DNA from: Deltaproteobacteria bacterium
GTDB lineage: Bacteria > Desulfobacterota > Binatia > Binatales > Binataceae
Direction: 5' to 3'
NCBI GenBank assembly: GCA_003135135.1
Contig: PLDK01000025.1
Coordinates: forward strand, 106,376 to 170,375
DNA: 64,000 nt
Below the pieces are notes generated by a model, which saw only the letters and a program-made list of their open reading frames with translations, searched no databases and was not told where the DNA came from. The position numbers and the translations under genes were made by a program. How positions within the stretch are numbered: the stretch's first letter is position 1; every line of letters starts with the position of its first letter. Below are positions 35,963-44,809 of this stretch, piece after piece.

Positions 35963-37636
35963 TCAGCGCTTCATGAACTCGGGACTGCCGAGAATCAGCG
36001 GCGCGCGAAGTTGCGTCGGCGACGCCTCCACGGCGCTGGCCGTTGACGGTGAAAAATAATCGCCGAGTGTAGCCGCAAGCTGCGCGGGATCGGGTGGTGT
36101 CATCTTGGGTCCGTGCGGCCCGGTGTCGAACTTGATGTTCACTTTGCCGCCACCATTCCTGGGGACCGCCGCCGGCTCGCGGCGCATCGCACCGCCGCCC
36201 GCGTCTTCCTCGAACGGCGGATTTTCCAGCGGCAGATTGCCCGAGCCGAGCGCCGTGGCAAAGCTGAGCCGCGTCATCATCGCGCCGGGATTGAGCCACG
36301 CGTCCTGCGTGTTGGCGTAGCCGTTGGGCGTCTGACATCCGTACAGCGGCATCCCGAGAATCTGCATCGTGCCGTACAGTGGCCGGTAGTTGCGGATCGG
36401 CACGCCCGTCGCGCGCACGCACGAGACCACGTACTCGTAGGGCGTTTTAAATTTGGCGCCGTAGTATCGGGGGTCCCGGAATTCCGCGCTCGTGAGCATC
36501 GTCTCGAGCACCGCACGAATCTCGCCGTCGGTCGCGAGGTACCGATCCGCAATCCGGCTCACCAGCGCTTTGGGTGGATCGTCGGCGACGAAGTACTGCG
36601 CAAGCTTGAAGCTCAGATGCTTCGCCGTGGCGGCACTGGTCGCCAGGATGTCCAGCGCATGCTCGCCTTCGGCGATTCCGCCGCCTTCGATTTCGTGCCC
36701 CAAAAAATTCTTGCTCGAGAAATCATGGCGCTGGGCGTCGAAGTTAAAGCCGCTCGGATCGACCGGCGCCGCGCCCGGCCGCCTGAAGTTTTGCCGACGC
36801 CGCATGAATGGAAAAAATCCGGCCATCCCGGCGCCTTGCATGCCCGCGGCGCCGGGCCTGCGATGTCCGCCGCCACCACCACCGCCGCCCCTGGGAAGTC
36901 CCGATCCCGTCAGAATATGCGCGAGCGCGATTACGTCGGCCTGCGAGTAGCCGCCGTTGACGCCCAGCGTATGCAGTTCCATCAACTCGCGCGCGTAGTT
37001 CTCGTTTATTCCTTCGAACTTGCCCTTCGAGCCGGCGCTGCCGGGCGCAGTGTTCTGCCAGTTGTCGAGGTAGAAAAGCATCGCCGGATGATGCGCGATC
37101 GCGCCCAGGAGCGTGCGGAACTTGCCCATCGTATGCGGCCGAATCGCAGTCTCCTCGAACACACCCGTCCAGATGTTGTCCAGCCCCTTGCCGGCGAAGA
37201 TGTTGAAGTGGTTGAACCAGAACGCGGTCATCACTTCCTGCAATTGCCGCGGCCCTTCGATCGCGCGCATCATCCGCGCCTCGACCGCCTCGCGCATCAC
37301 GATCCGCTGCTGGATTCTTAAGTCTTTGGTCGCGTCCTTTATCGCCACCTTGTCGCCGCCGCTCTCGGCCCTGGCGTCCCGGCGCGCCTCCATGATCGGC
37401 CGCTGATATTCGACGAACAACGCGATCGGAGACATGTGGATCGTGCGATATTGGTTGACGCGCTCGGTCAGATCGCCTGGAATCGCTATCGACTCGGGAT
37501 GCAGTTGCTCCTGCACGTAGCGTTCAGGTCCCATCGCGCTCACGCGCTCGAAGTCGCCCGGCCGCGGACCGAACCCGAGCCGGTTCAGGACGTGCAGAAT
37601 CCGGTCCCGTTTTGATTCTTCGGCTGATTCCACCAC
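35963..37636 (-). CDS. DUF1800 protein
   Basis: 557 aa. HVLNRLGFGPRPGD...FWFNHFN...NENYARELMELHTLGV are hallmarks of DUF1800. This is the classic pairing with DUF1501 downstream. Confidence 0.8.
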   Translation of the reverse strand: MVESAEESKRDRILHVLNRLGFGPRPGDFERVSAMGPERYVQEQLHPESIAIPGDLTERVNQYRTIHMSPIALFVEYQRPIMEARRDARAESGGDKVAIKDATKDLRIQQRIVMREAVEARMMRAIEGPRQLQEVMTAFWFNHFNIFAGKGLDNIWTGVFEETAIRPHTMGKFRTLLGAIAHHPAMLFYLDNWQNTAPGSAGSKGKFEGINENYARELMELHTLGVNGGYSQADVIALAHILTGSGLPRGGGGGGGGHRRPGAAGMQGAGMAGFFPFMRRRQNFRRPGAAPVDPSGFNFDAQRHDFSSKNFLGHEIEGGGIAEGEHALDILATSAATAKHLSFKLAQYFVADDPPKALVSRIADRYLATDGEIRAVLETMLTSAEFRDPRYYGAKFKTPYEYVVSCVRATGVPIRNYRPLYGTMQILGMPLYGCQTPNGYANTQDAWLNPGAMMTRLSFATALGSGNLPLENPPFEEDAGGGAMRREPAAVPRNGGGKVNIKFDTGPHGPKMTPPDPAQLAATLGDYFSPSTASAVEASPTQLRAPLILGSPEFMKR

Positions 37637-37684
37637 GACCTGCCTCTCTCGACGACGGCGTGTTTGTCTCGATTATTTAGTACG

Positions 37685-37866
37685 AACCCGCGCCCGCGCG
37701 GATTCAAGCAGGGGTGACCCCTGGCCGTTGGCACGGCTGGCCGGTATTAAGAAATCGCGGGCCCGCAGCAGTGGCCGCGCGCGACAACGGAGCGCAGCCT
37801 TAACATTGGGTGCAGGGGTCACCCCTGCTGAAACCCACGGCGGGTTTCACATTCAATTAAGTGTAT
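37685..37866 (-). repeat. Mosaic repeat, copy D (20-nt hairpin motif + M3 variant + M5 variant + M3 + M4; lacks M2/M1)
   Basis: aacccgcgcccgcgcggatt / gcaggggtgacccctgg / ...gccgcgcgcgacaacggagcgcagccttaac / tgcaggggtcacccctgc / gaaacccacggcgggtttc / attcaattaag. Confidence 0.8.
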
Positions 37867-37875
37867 TTTTCCCCA

Positions 37876-38394
37876 TCACCTGGACGCTCGGCCCCACGCC
37901 TCGATCAGCCGCTCGAACGCCTTGCGCAACTCGGGATCCTTCAACTCCGGCAGCTCGATCGATTTCCGCGTCGCGCGCGGCACCGTGCGCAATTTCGGCC
38001 GCTCGCGCCTGCTGAGCCGTCCCTGCACAAATCGCAGCTCACGCACGACGTCGTCGCCCAACCTCTGTGTCACGCGCGCGAGAATTTGCGACTTCATCAG
38101 GTTCAGTTCTTGTATCCACATCGCACCCGACACTTTCACCACTGCGGTGTGGAATTTCAGCGAGACGATTTCGGTGCGCCGCGCGATCGCCTCGCCGACG
38201 ATCTCCGGCCATGCTTTTGCCAGCCGCACGATCGCGAAATGACCTTCGCGGTCGATGCGATCGAGGAGCGGCTGCATCGCGGCGCCGATCTGTTCGGGAG
38301 CCCTGTGGCGTCGAGTCGGCATGAGCGCCCCACGATAGCGCCCCACGCATCGCACGCATACCAAGGCGCTTGGCGGGAGACTTTCGGCGCGCAC
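37876..38394 (-). CDS. dciA: DUF721 / DciA-like protein
   Basis: The WPEIVGEAIARRTEIVSLKFHTAVVKVSGAMWIQELNLMKSQILARV pattern is typical of DUF721. The true start is possibly ATG 38322 (MPTRRH...). Confidence 0.65.
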   Translation of the reverse strand: MRAESLPPSALVCVRCVGRYRGALMPTRRHRAPEQIGAAMQPLLDRIDREGHFAIVRLAKAWPEIVGEAIARRTEIVSLKFHTAVVKVSGAMWIQELNLMKSQILARVTQRLGDDVVRELRFVQGRLSRRERPKLRTVPRATRKSIELPELKDPELRKAFERLIEAWGRASR

Positions 38395-38500
38395 CTGAGT
38401 CGCCGGATTGGAGCATGATTTCTATTAGCAGGGCTGATTTCGGATCATCGGTCGCTCATAAATTTCAAATAGAAGCGAACATTTACCAAAAGTTATCAAC

Positions 38501-38587
38501 AACCTAATATATGGTTTATGAACAGATTGTCCTACACTACCTGTAGCGGTTCGGGGCTTGACAGGCCGTATGGGTCGCGCGCATATT
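38501..38587 (+). promoter_or_regulatory. Putative nrdJ promoter (TTGACA 38558-38563, N18, CATATT 38582-38587) with an upstream AT-rich palindrome resembling an NrdR box (38501-38516)
   Basis: AACCTAATATATGGTT has palindromic outer arms around an AT core. A second imperfect palindrome, GCGCATATTGTCGC, overlaps the -10. This is pattern matching only. Confidence 0.3.
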
Positions 38588-38676
38588 GTCGCCCACGAGC
38601 CACTCACGAGTCACTTAGCGACTTCTAGATTGAGTGCGGGCTTAACGCGTATGTAACCGGGGTTGGGGAGGATGCG

Positions 38677-41505
38677 GTGATGGGCGGGGGAGCGATAGAT
38701 CTGGAAATGGGTTCGAAGTCAAAAATAACCGACCGCGCACCAGCCGCCAACGCCGCGCCCGCCGACTCTGCCACGCCCGGCCGCGGTATCGTGCTCGAGC
38801 GTTTCTTCACCACCGCCGGCGTCGATCCATATTCCGAGGTCGAATGGGATCTCCGCAGCGCCGTCATCTCGGGCGAAGACGGCCGCGTAGTCTTCGAGCA
38901 GAAAGACGTCGAGGTGCCGCGCGGATGGTCGCAGACTGCGACCAACGTCGTGGTCTCGAAATATTTCCGCGGCCCGCTCGGAACGCCCCGGCGCGAGACC
39001 AGCGTCCGCCAGCTCATCTCCCGCGTCGTCGATACCATCACCGGATGGGGCGAAAAGCAGGGCTACTTTGCCGGCGCCGACGCACGCGAGACCTTCCACG
39101 CCGAGCTCAAGTACCTGCTCCTCAATCAGAAGGCCTCGTTCAACAGCCCGGTCTATTTCAACGTCGGCATCGAGGCCAAGCCGCAGTGCTCTGCATGCTT
39201 CATCCTCAAGGTCGATGACAGCATGGACTCGATCCTGAGCTGGTACCGCAACGAAGGCATGATCTTCAAAGGCGGCTCCGGCGCGGGCGTGAACCTGTCC
39301 GCACTGCGCTCGTGCCGCGAGAAACTCTCGTCGGGCGGCACCGCGTCGGGACCGTTGTCGTTCATGAAGGCCGCCGACGCGAGCGCCGGCGTCATCAAGT
39401 CGGGCGGCAAGACGCGGCGCGCGGCCAAGATGGTGGTGCTCAACGCCGATCATCCCGACATCGTCGATTTCATCAAGTGCAAGGTCGAAGAGGAAAAGAA
39501 GGCCTGGGCGCTCATCGAAGCCGGCTACGACTCCTCGCTCGACGGCCCGGCTTACGGCTCCGTGTTCTTCCAGAACGCGAACAATTCCGTGCGCGCCACC
39601 GATGGATTCATGCAGGCGGTTCTCGATGACGCCGAATGGCAGACCCACTTCGTCAGGTCCAGCGAGGTCGCCGAGACCCGTCCCGCGCGCAAGGTGCTCC
39701 ACATGATCGCCGAGGCCGCCCACGCATGCGGCGACCCCGGGATGCAATTCGACACGACGATCAACCTCTGGCACACCTGCCCGGCCAGCGGACGAATCAA
39801 CGCGTCCAATCCGTGCAGCGAGTACATGCATCTCGACAATTCGGCCTGCAATCTCGCCTCGCTCAACCTGATGAAGTTCATCGACGATCGCGGCGAGTTC
39901 GACGTGCGCGCATTCCGCCACGCGGTGATCGTAATGATCACGGCGCAGGACATTATCGTCGATAATTCCTCGTATCCGACCGACGAGATCGCCAGGAACG
40001 CCAGCGCGTACCGCGAACTCGGGCTCGGCTACGCAAACCTGGGCGCGCTGCTGATGGCGCTCGGGATGCCCTATGACTCCGACCAGGGCCGCAGCTACGC
40101 CGCCGCGATTACCGCGCTGATGACCGGCGAGGCCTATCTCCAGTCGGCGCATATCGCCGAACAAATGGGTCCGTTCGCCGGCTACGCGCCCAATCGCGAG
40201 CCGATGCTGAAAGTGATCGAGCGCCACAAAGCCGCCGCCTACAAGCTCGATTCTTCCTACGTTCCGCTCGACCTGCTTCGCGCCGCGCGCGAGTCATGGG
40301 ACGACGCGCTCAAGCTCGGCACTTCCGCCGGCTATCGCAATTCGCAGGCCACGGTGATCGCGCCGACCGGCACCATCGCGTTCATGATGGATTGCGACAC
40401 CACCGGCATCGAGCCCGACATCGCGCTCATCAAGTACAAAAAGCTGGTCGGCGGCGGGATGCTGAAAATCGTCAACAACACCGTCCCGCGCGCGCTCAAG
40501 CGCCTGGGCTACGACTCGAAGGAAGTCCAGGAAATCGTCGAATACCTCGACGAGAACGAGACTATCGAAGGCGCGCCGCAGCTCGCCGACGCGCATCTCG
40601 CCGTCTTCGATTGCGCCTTCAAGCCGCGCGCCGGCGCCCGCACGATTCATTACAACGGGCACCTCAAGATGATGGGTGCGGTGCAGCCGTTCATCTCGGG
40701 CGCGATTTCCAAGACCATCAACATGCCCGCAGAAGCGACCGTGGACGAAGTCGCCGAGGCTTACGTCACCGCGTGGAAGCTCGGCCTCAAGTCGGTCGCG
40801 ATTTACCGCGACGGATCCAAGCGCGTGCAGCCGCTCAACACGGGCAGGAAAGAAATAGAGAAAGCGGTGGACGCGGTGGCGTCGATCGCGCCGTCCGACG
40901 ATCGCATGCAGCGGCGCAAGCTGCCCGACGAGCGCAAATCGATCACCCACAAATTCGATATCGCCGGCCACGAAGGTTACATCACCGTCGGCATGTACGA
41001 GGACGGCACCCCGGGCGAAATCTTCGTCACGATGTCCAAGCAGGGCTCGACGATCTCGGGCCTGATGGACTCGTTTGCGACCGCGATTTCGTTCGCGCTC
41101 CAGTACGGCGTTCCGCTGCAGTTCCTGGTGGACAAATTCTCGCACATGCGCTTCGAGCCCTCGGGCTTCACCAAGAATCCGCAAATCCCGTACGCCAAGT
41201 CGATCGTCGATTACCTGTTCCGGTGGATGGCGTCGAAGTTCCTCGACGAGGAAGCAAAGCGCGAGGTCGGGATTATCGAGTCGGAGAAAACGCTGACGGC
41301 AAAATCCGAAGCAGCGCACGCGCCGGTGGCGACTGTAGCGATGGCTCCTGTAGCCAGTCTGCGCGACGGCAAGGACGGCGGCATTCGCCAGGCCTTCATC
41401 AATCAGGCCGACGCGCCTCCGTGCCCCGACTGCGGCAGCATCATGGTGCGCAACGGCGCCTGCTACAAGTGCATGAACTGCGGCACCACCAGCGGGTGCT
41501 CATAA
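38677..41505 (+). CDS. nrdJ: Adenosylcobalamin-dependent (class II) ribonucleotide reductase
   Basis: 942 aa with FFQNANNSVR, NPCSEYMHLDNSACNLASLNL, TVIAPTGTIAFMMDCDTTGIEPD and the C-terminal zinc ribbon CPDCGSIMVRNGACYKCMNCG. SD GGGGAGG sits 8 nt before ATG 38680, which is the likely true start. Confidence 0.93.
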   Translation: MMGGGAIDLEMGSKSKITDRAPAANAAPADSATPGRGIVLERFFTTAGVDPYSEVEWDLRSAVISGEDGRVVFEQKDVEVPRGWSQTATNVVVSKYFRGPLGTPRRETSVRQLISRVVDTITGWGEKQGYFAGADARETFHAELKYLLLNQKASFNSPVYFNVGIEAKPQCSACFILKVDDSMDSILSWYRNEGMIFKGGSGAGVNLSALRSCREKLSSGGTASGPLSFMKAADASAGVIKSGGKTRRAAKMVVLNADHPDIVDFIKCKVEEEKKAWALIEAGYDSSLDGPAYGSVFFQNANNSVRATDGFMQAVLDDAEWQTHFVRSSEVAETRPARKVLHMIAEAAHACGDPGMQFDTTINLWHTCPASGRINASNPCSEYMHLDNSACNLASLNLMKFIDDRGEFDVRAFRHAVIVMITAQDIIVDNSSYPTDEIARNASAYRELGLGYANLGALLMALGMPYDSDQGRSYAAAITALMTGEAYLQSAHIAEQMGPFAGYAPNREPMLKVIERHKAAAYKLDSSYVPLDLLRAARESWDDALKLGTSAGYRNSQATVIAPTGTIAFMMDCDTTGIEPDIALIKYKKLVGGGMLKIVNNTVPRALKRLGYDSKEVQEIVEYLDENETIEGAPQLADAHLAVFDCAFKPRAGARTIHYNGHLKMMGAVQPFISGAISKTINMPAEATVDEVAEAYVTAWKLGLKSVAIYRDGSKRVQPLNTGRKEIEKAVDAVASIAPSDDRMQRRKLPDERKSITHKFDIAGHEGYITVGMYEDGTPGEIFVTMSKQGSTISGLMDSFATAISFALQYGVPLQFLVDKFSHMRFEPSGFTKNPQIPYAKSIVDYLFRWMASKFLDEEAKREVGIIESEKTLTAKSEAAHAPVATVAMAPVASLRDGKDGGIRQAFINQADAPPCPDCGSIMVRNGACYKCMNCGTTSGCS

Positions 41506-41738
41506 AGAAGGAGTTTCAGGGGTCCCGGAGAATTGGCGGGGAAGGTTTTCGAGAGACTGGCGATGAGAATGAGGTGGATGGGGACGGGTAGGTAGGTACA
41601 AGCGGCGGCGGCGAAAAGTATTAGCCAGTCCTCGGAGAAATTGTGGATGACGAATTCTCCGGGACCCACCTTAAATACAGGCGCGGCAGGGGCTGCGCCC
41701 TTAAAGGTTGTGGTGGGGCGGCGGATGTGGTGACGGCA

Positions 41739-41773
41739 GGGGGCTGGGAGCAATCCCAGCCCCCAAATTTTTT
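41739..41773 (+). terminator. Rho-independent terminator
   Basis: GGGGGCTGGGA-gcaa-TCCCAGCCCCC (perfect 11-bp stem) followed by AAATTTTTT. Confidence 0.75.
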
Positions 41774-41989
41774 AGCATCGATTGTTACCCATGCTCCTGA
41801 AGTCATATTCGCCGATCACTGGGAAGGGATTTTGCCGGTTGATGCGGCTTCATCAAGCAACCGCTGCAAATGACCGGCAGGAGAATCGCGCCCCGCGTGG
41901 CCATCGTGGCCGGTATTCAAAGCGCAGGCTGGCGCAACGCTCGTATGCGGCGGCTTGAACTCCGAGGGGAACAAACGCTCGCCAGCCGC

Positions 41990-42463
41990 TCACTGATCGA
42001 AGCTGCCGGGACTGCTCGCCAGCACGCGAAATCGCATGCAGACGGTTGCACAACCACACCTCGAGTCGCAATTTCCGTAGATCTCGCCCGGTGACTTGAC
42101 GACCAGATCGAGCGGGCGCGTCTTGCCGGGCACGAGTTCTACGGCGTCCTTCATCCCAAGAATCCAGAAGCTGTGGAGCACGTCGGCGGAAGCAAGCTCG
42201 AGCCGAACGTTGGTAGCGCTTGGAACGCGCAAAACATCGCTGGTCTTGACGCCCACAGAGGGATAATCGAATTCCCACCACCACTGATGCGCGACCACTC
42301 GGACCGTAAGCGTAGGCCCAGTCACGCCAGCACCGAGGGTTCGACCTAGAAGGATCGCTCCGGCACAGATGCATGCCAGACCTATCATGGCTCCGACCAA
42401 TGGCCTCGACGATTTCACGCGTTCACTTCTTAAAGCGTACTGCCTGGTTGCCGCTGTCGCCAC
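41990..42463 (-). CDS. Orphan cytochrome-oxidase-subunit-II-type cupredoxin with modified CuA-like site, single TM anchor
   Basis: 157 aa with HQWWWEFDYP, DVLHSFWILG and GNCDSRCGCATVCM. There are exactly 34 residues between the His and the first Cys, and Met at +7 after the second Cys, as in CuA. Confidence 0.7.
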   Translation of the reverse strand: MATAATRQYALRSERVKSSRPLVGAMIGLACICAGAILLGRTLGAGVTGPTLTVRVVAHQWWWEFDYPSVGVKTSDVLRVPSATNVRLELASADVLHSFWILGMKDAVELVPGKTRPLDLVVKSPGEIYGNCDSRCGCATVCMRFRVLASSPGSFDQ

Positions 42464-43118
42464 GCGTCACCGGCTCGCGCGCCGCGGTTCGCTCCACGTC
42501 ACTCACGACCCGATCCGGCTCGGCCTTTTGACCTAAGTACTGAAGCAAGGCACGACCGTTCGCATCGACCAGGAAGAATTCGAGAACGTGATCGACCGTT
42601 CCATCGGGCTCACGCTGTCGAATCACGTTGAATCGCGCCATCTCGTCGTCGACCTGTTTGGGCGTTCCAGTCAGGAACAGCCAGCCGCTAACGTCGGCGC
42701 CCTGCTTGTTCGCATAGGCGAGAAGCTGCGCCGGATGATCGTGTTCGGGATCGACCGTGATCGACACGATGCGGGCCTCGGTTCCGAGCTTGGGTCCGAG
42801 TCGATTCGCGATCTGTTTCATCTGGGCCGTGAGCAGAAGACACGGTCCGGGACAGTTGGTGTAAATGAAATCGAACAGCACCGGTTTCCCCTTCAGCGAG
42901 GCCAGCGAAACGTTGCGGCCATGCTGATCGACCAACGTGATGTCGGGTAAGCAGTCGGAGGTATTGATGACCGCAAATCCTCCGCGCTCCCCGATATCTT
43001 CGGCCGGCCGGCGGCAACCAATCAGAGTCACCACGCCCACCAAAACAACCAGCATCGTCAGGCAAAGGCTTCTACTGAGACTCTGCTTCTTGAGATTAAG
43101 GCTTAGCGTTGGGGTCAC
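42423..43118 (-). CDS. SCO1/SenC family copper chaperone (lipoprotein)
   Basis: Lipobox LIGC, CxxxC motif YTNCPGPC, DPEHD and the conserved VDH. Confidence 0.85.
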   Translation of the reverse strand: MTPTLSLNLKKQSLSRSLCLTMLVVLVGVVTLIGCRRPAEDIGERGGFAVINTSDCLPDITLVDQHGRNVSLASLKGKPVLFDFIYTNCPGPCLLLTAQMKQIANRLGPKLGTEARIVSITVDPEHDHPAQLLAYANKQGADVSGWLFLTGTPKQVDDEMARFNVIRQREPDGTVDHVLEFFLVDANGRALLQYLGQKAEPDRVVSDVERTAAREPVTRGDSGNQAVRFKK

Positions 43119-43656
43119 CTGGATTCCCTGAAGTCTGCGTCGCGGGTTTCTCCGTGAGCAGCGGCAGCACCACGTCCGATAGACTCTTCTCGGTAACCGG
43201 CGTTTGGTCGGGTGTCAGCTTCGCGCGGATGACTCCGCTGCGATCTACAACGAATGTGACGGGCAGAACGTCGGGCGAACCGAAATCGTTGACTTTGGCG
43301 TCATCCAGCACCGCCGCCGGATAGCTGTATGATTGCATGACCTTGGTCACATCGGACCGATCGTGCGGGCGGTCGGTGCTGAGACCTATCATCTCGAGTC
43401 CCTGGGCGTGATACCGCCGATAGAACGTGTCGAGAGCTGGCATTTCCTCGCGGCAGGGCGGACACCAAGTGGCCCAGAAGTTGACGATTACGACTTTCCC
43501 GTGCTGCGCACTTAGATCGAATGCCTGACCATCCAGTTCGGGCACCTCCAGCGCCGGCGCCGCGTTACCAACACTCGCGGAGGCAAACGCCATTGCAGCC
43601 ACACATAGGATCATGCCGACTCCTGCTGCAGCAGGCCACAATGTCGTTCGCCTCAC
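43096..43656 (-). CDS. TlpA-family periplasmic thiol:disulfide oxidoreductase
   Basis: Signal peptide and the redox motif NFWATWCPPCREEMP. Confidence 0.85.
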   Translation of the reverse strand: MRRTTLWPAAAGVGMILCVAAMAFASASVGNAAPALEVPELDGQAFDLSAQHGKVVIVNFWATWCPPCREEMPALDTFYRRYHAQGLEMIGLSTDRPHDRSDVTKVMQSYSYPAAVLDDAKVNDFGSPDVLPVTFVVDRSGVIRAKLTPDQTPVTEKSLSDVVLPLLTEKPATQTSGNPGDPNAKP

Positions 43657-43672
43657 GATTGCTTTCCTCGCT

Positions 43673-44782
43673 TCAGAAGCTGTAACTCAGAATCAGCTTG
43701 GCTGCATAGGATGCGGTCAGCTGATAACCCCTCATGTTTTGAAAAAATGGGACTTCAACGTCTGCGTAAGCCCGGACGACCCCGACTTTGGTCTCGATTC
43801 CCGGAGCAACGATAAAACGGGTGTAGCCGCTGTCGGCGGGATCTGCGGCCGTCCCTGTATCCCGCGTCCGATCAGAGGCAAGAAAGGTGAGCATAGGAGC
43901 GAGTTCCTTGAGAAAACCAACTTTGCCGAAGTTGTAGAAGCTTCCCACTGCACCATCGACTTCCCTGCCGGGCGTGTAGTGGTCCTGTTCCAAGAGCGGC
44001 AAATTGTAGTTGACCTGCACAAAGTAGTTGAAGGGGCGCTCCCCGAACGTCAACGGCAACGTCCCCAACTGCTTCGGTATTGTTCCCAGGTGGTAAACCC
44101 CCATAAGCAGATCAGTGCTTCCCGTGCCAATCTGCGTGTCGCGATCGAAGTTTGGATAATGCCAATCGCCGCTCGGGACCTTGACCCCCATCAGGAGTCC
44201 GGTCGACATGTCCTCCGACAGACCCGTATACATCCCCTGGATCCGGATATCGCCTATGGAGTTGTTCTGGTACCAATTGATGTCGGCGTTGTTGCCCTCA
44301 TAAGCACCCTTGTATTGGCGCACCCAATAGGGCACCTCGAGCATCGCTCCCCAGTTCCGATTGAACATGTACTGTGCGCCAAATTCCATGAAGTCTGTTC
44401 GGATGTACTTGTCGTTGTTGTAGGAGCCGGAGGCTGGCTGGGTCGCGTGGTAGTTTATGTACTGATCCATGAATTCATATTGTGTCCACACTTGGCCTCC
44501 GGACCCCTCAGGAAACAGTGCTGCGGTATCTACCTCGAAGACACCGCACCCGCATGCACAGGCCCAGCTCAGACCGGGCGTTAGACCTACGAGCAGAAGG
44601 GCAGGTAGCAAAAAGAGTCGGGTAACTTTGGCGGCGCCGGGCAGAGAGATAGCCACTCCCGCCAAAGGGCCAAGCTCAGAAATCCGTCGCATAGAACATC
44701 TCCCAGCGGACATCTTGCGATGCGCCGCTTGCCTGAAAGAGAGACCATCGCGCCGCGACATTTTGCGGCGCCGGGAACCCAT
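43673..44782 (-). CDS. Outer-membrane beta-barrel protein (transporter/MetA-phenol-pathway-like), mature N-terminus CACGCG
   Basis: Signal peptide ...LLLVGLTPGLSWA, then CACGCGVFEV. It has alternating beta-strand patterns, is rich in aromatics and ends in SYSF. The likely start is an internal Met (e.g. 44692). Confidence 0.6.
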   Translation of the reverse strand: MGSRRRKMSRRDGLSFRQAAHRKMSAGRCSMRRISELGPLAGVAISLPGAAKVTRLFLLPALLLVGLTPGLSWACACGCGVFEVDTAALFPEGSGGQVWTQYEFMDQYINYHATQPASGSYNNDKYIRTDFMEFGAQYMFNRNWGAMLEVPYWVRQYKGAYEGNNADINWYQNNSIGDIRIQGMYTGLSEDMSTGLLMGVKVPSGDWHYPNFDRDTQIGTGSTDLLMGVYHLGTIPKQLGTLPLTFGERPFNYFVQVNYNLPLLEQDHYTPGREVDGAVGSFYNFGKVGFLKELAPMLTFLASDRTRDTGTAADPADSGYTRFIVAPGIETKVGVVRAYADVEVPFFQNMRGYQLTASYAAKLILSYSF

Positions 44783-44809
44783 ATCGGGAACGCCGTCGAA
44801 CGAAGGTTC

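Noticed and set aside
36113-37321. 402-aa plus-strand ORF
   Set aside because: It is antisense to the DUF1800 gene, which carries the family hallmarks.
38420-38676. Cobalamin riboswitch upstream of nrdJ
   Set aside because: I could not find a B12-box-like element or the expected conserved stems. B12 riboswitches normally repress B12-independent isozymes, not the B12-dependent nrdJ.
38719-41319. 502-aa and 341-aa minus-strand ORFs
   Set aside because: Both are antisense to nrdJ and have low-complexity R/G/A/D-rich translations.
41463-41753. 96-aa minus-strand ORF in the nrdJ 3' region
   Set aside because: It overlaps the nrdJ C-terminus and runs through the terminator hairpin, with an implausible composition.
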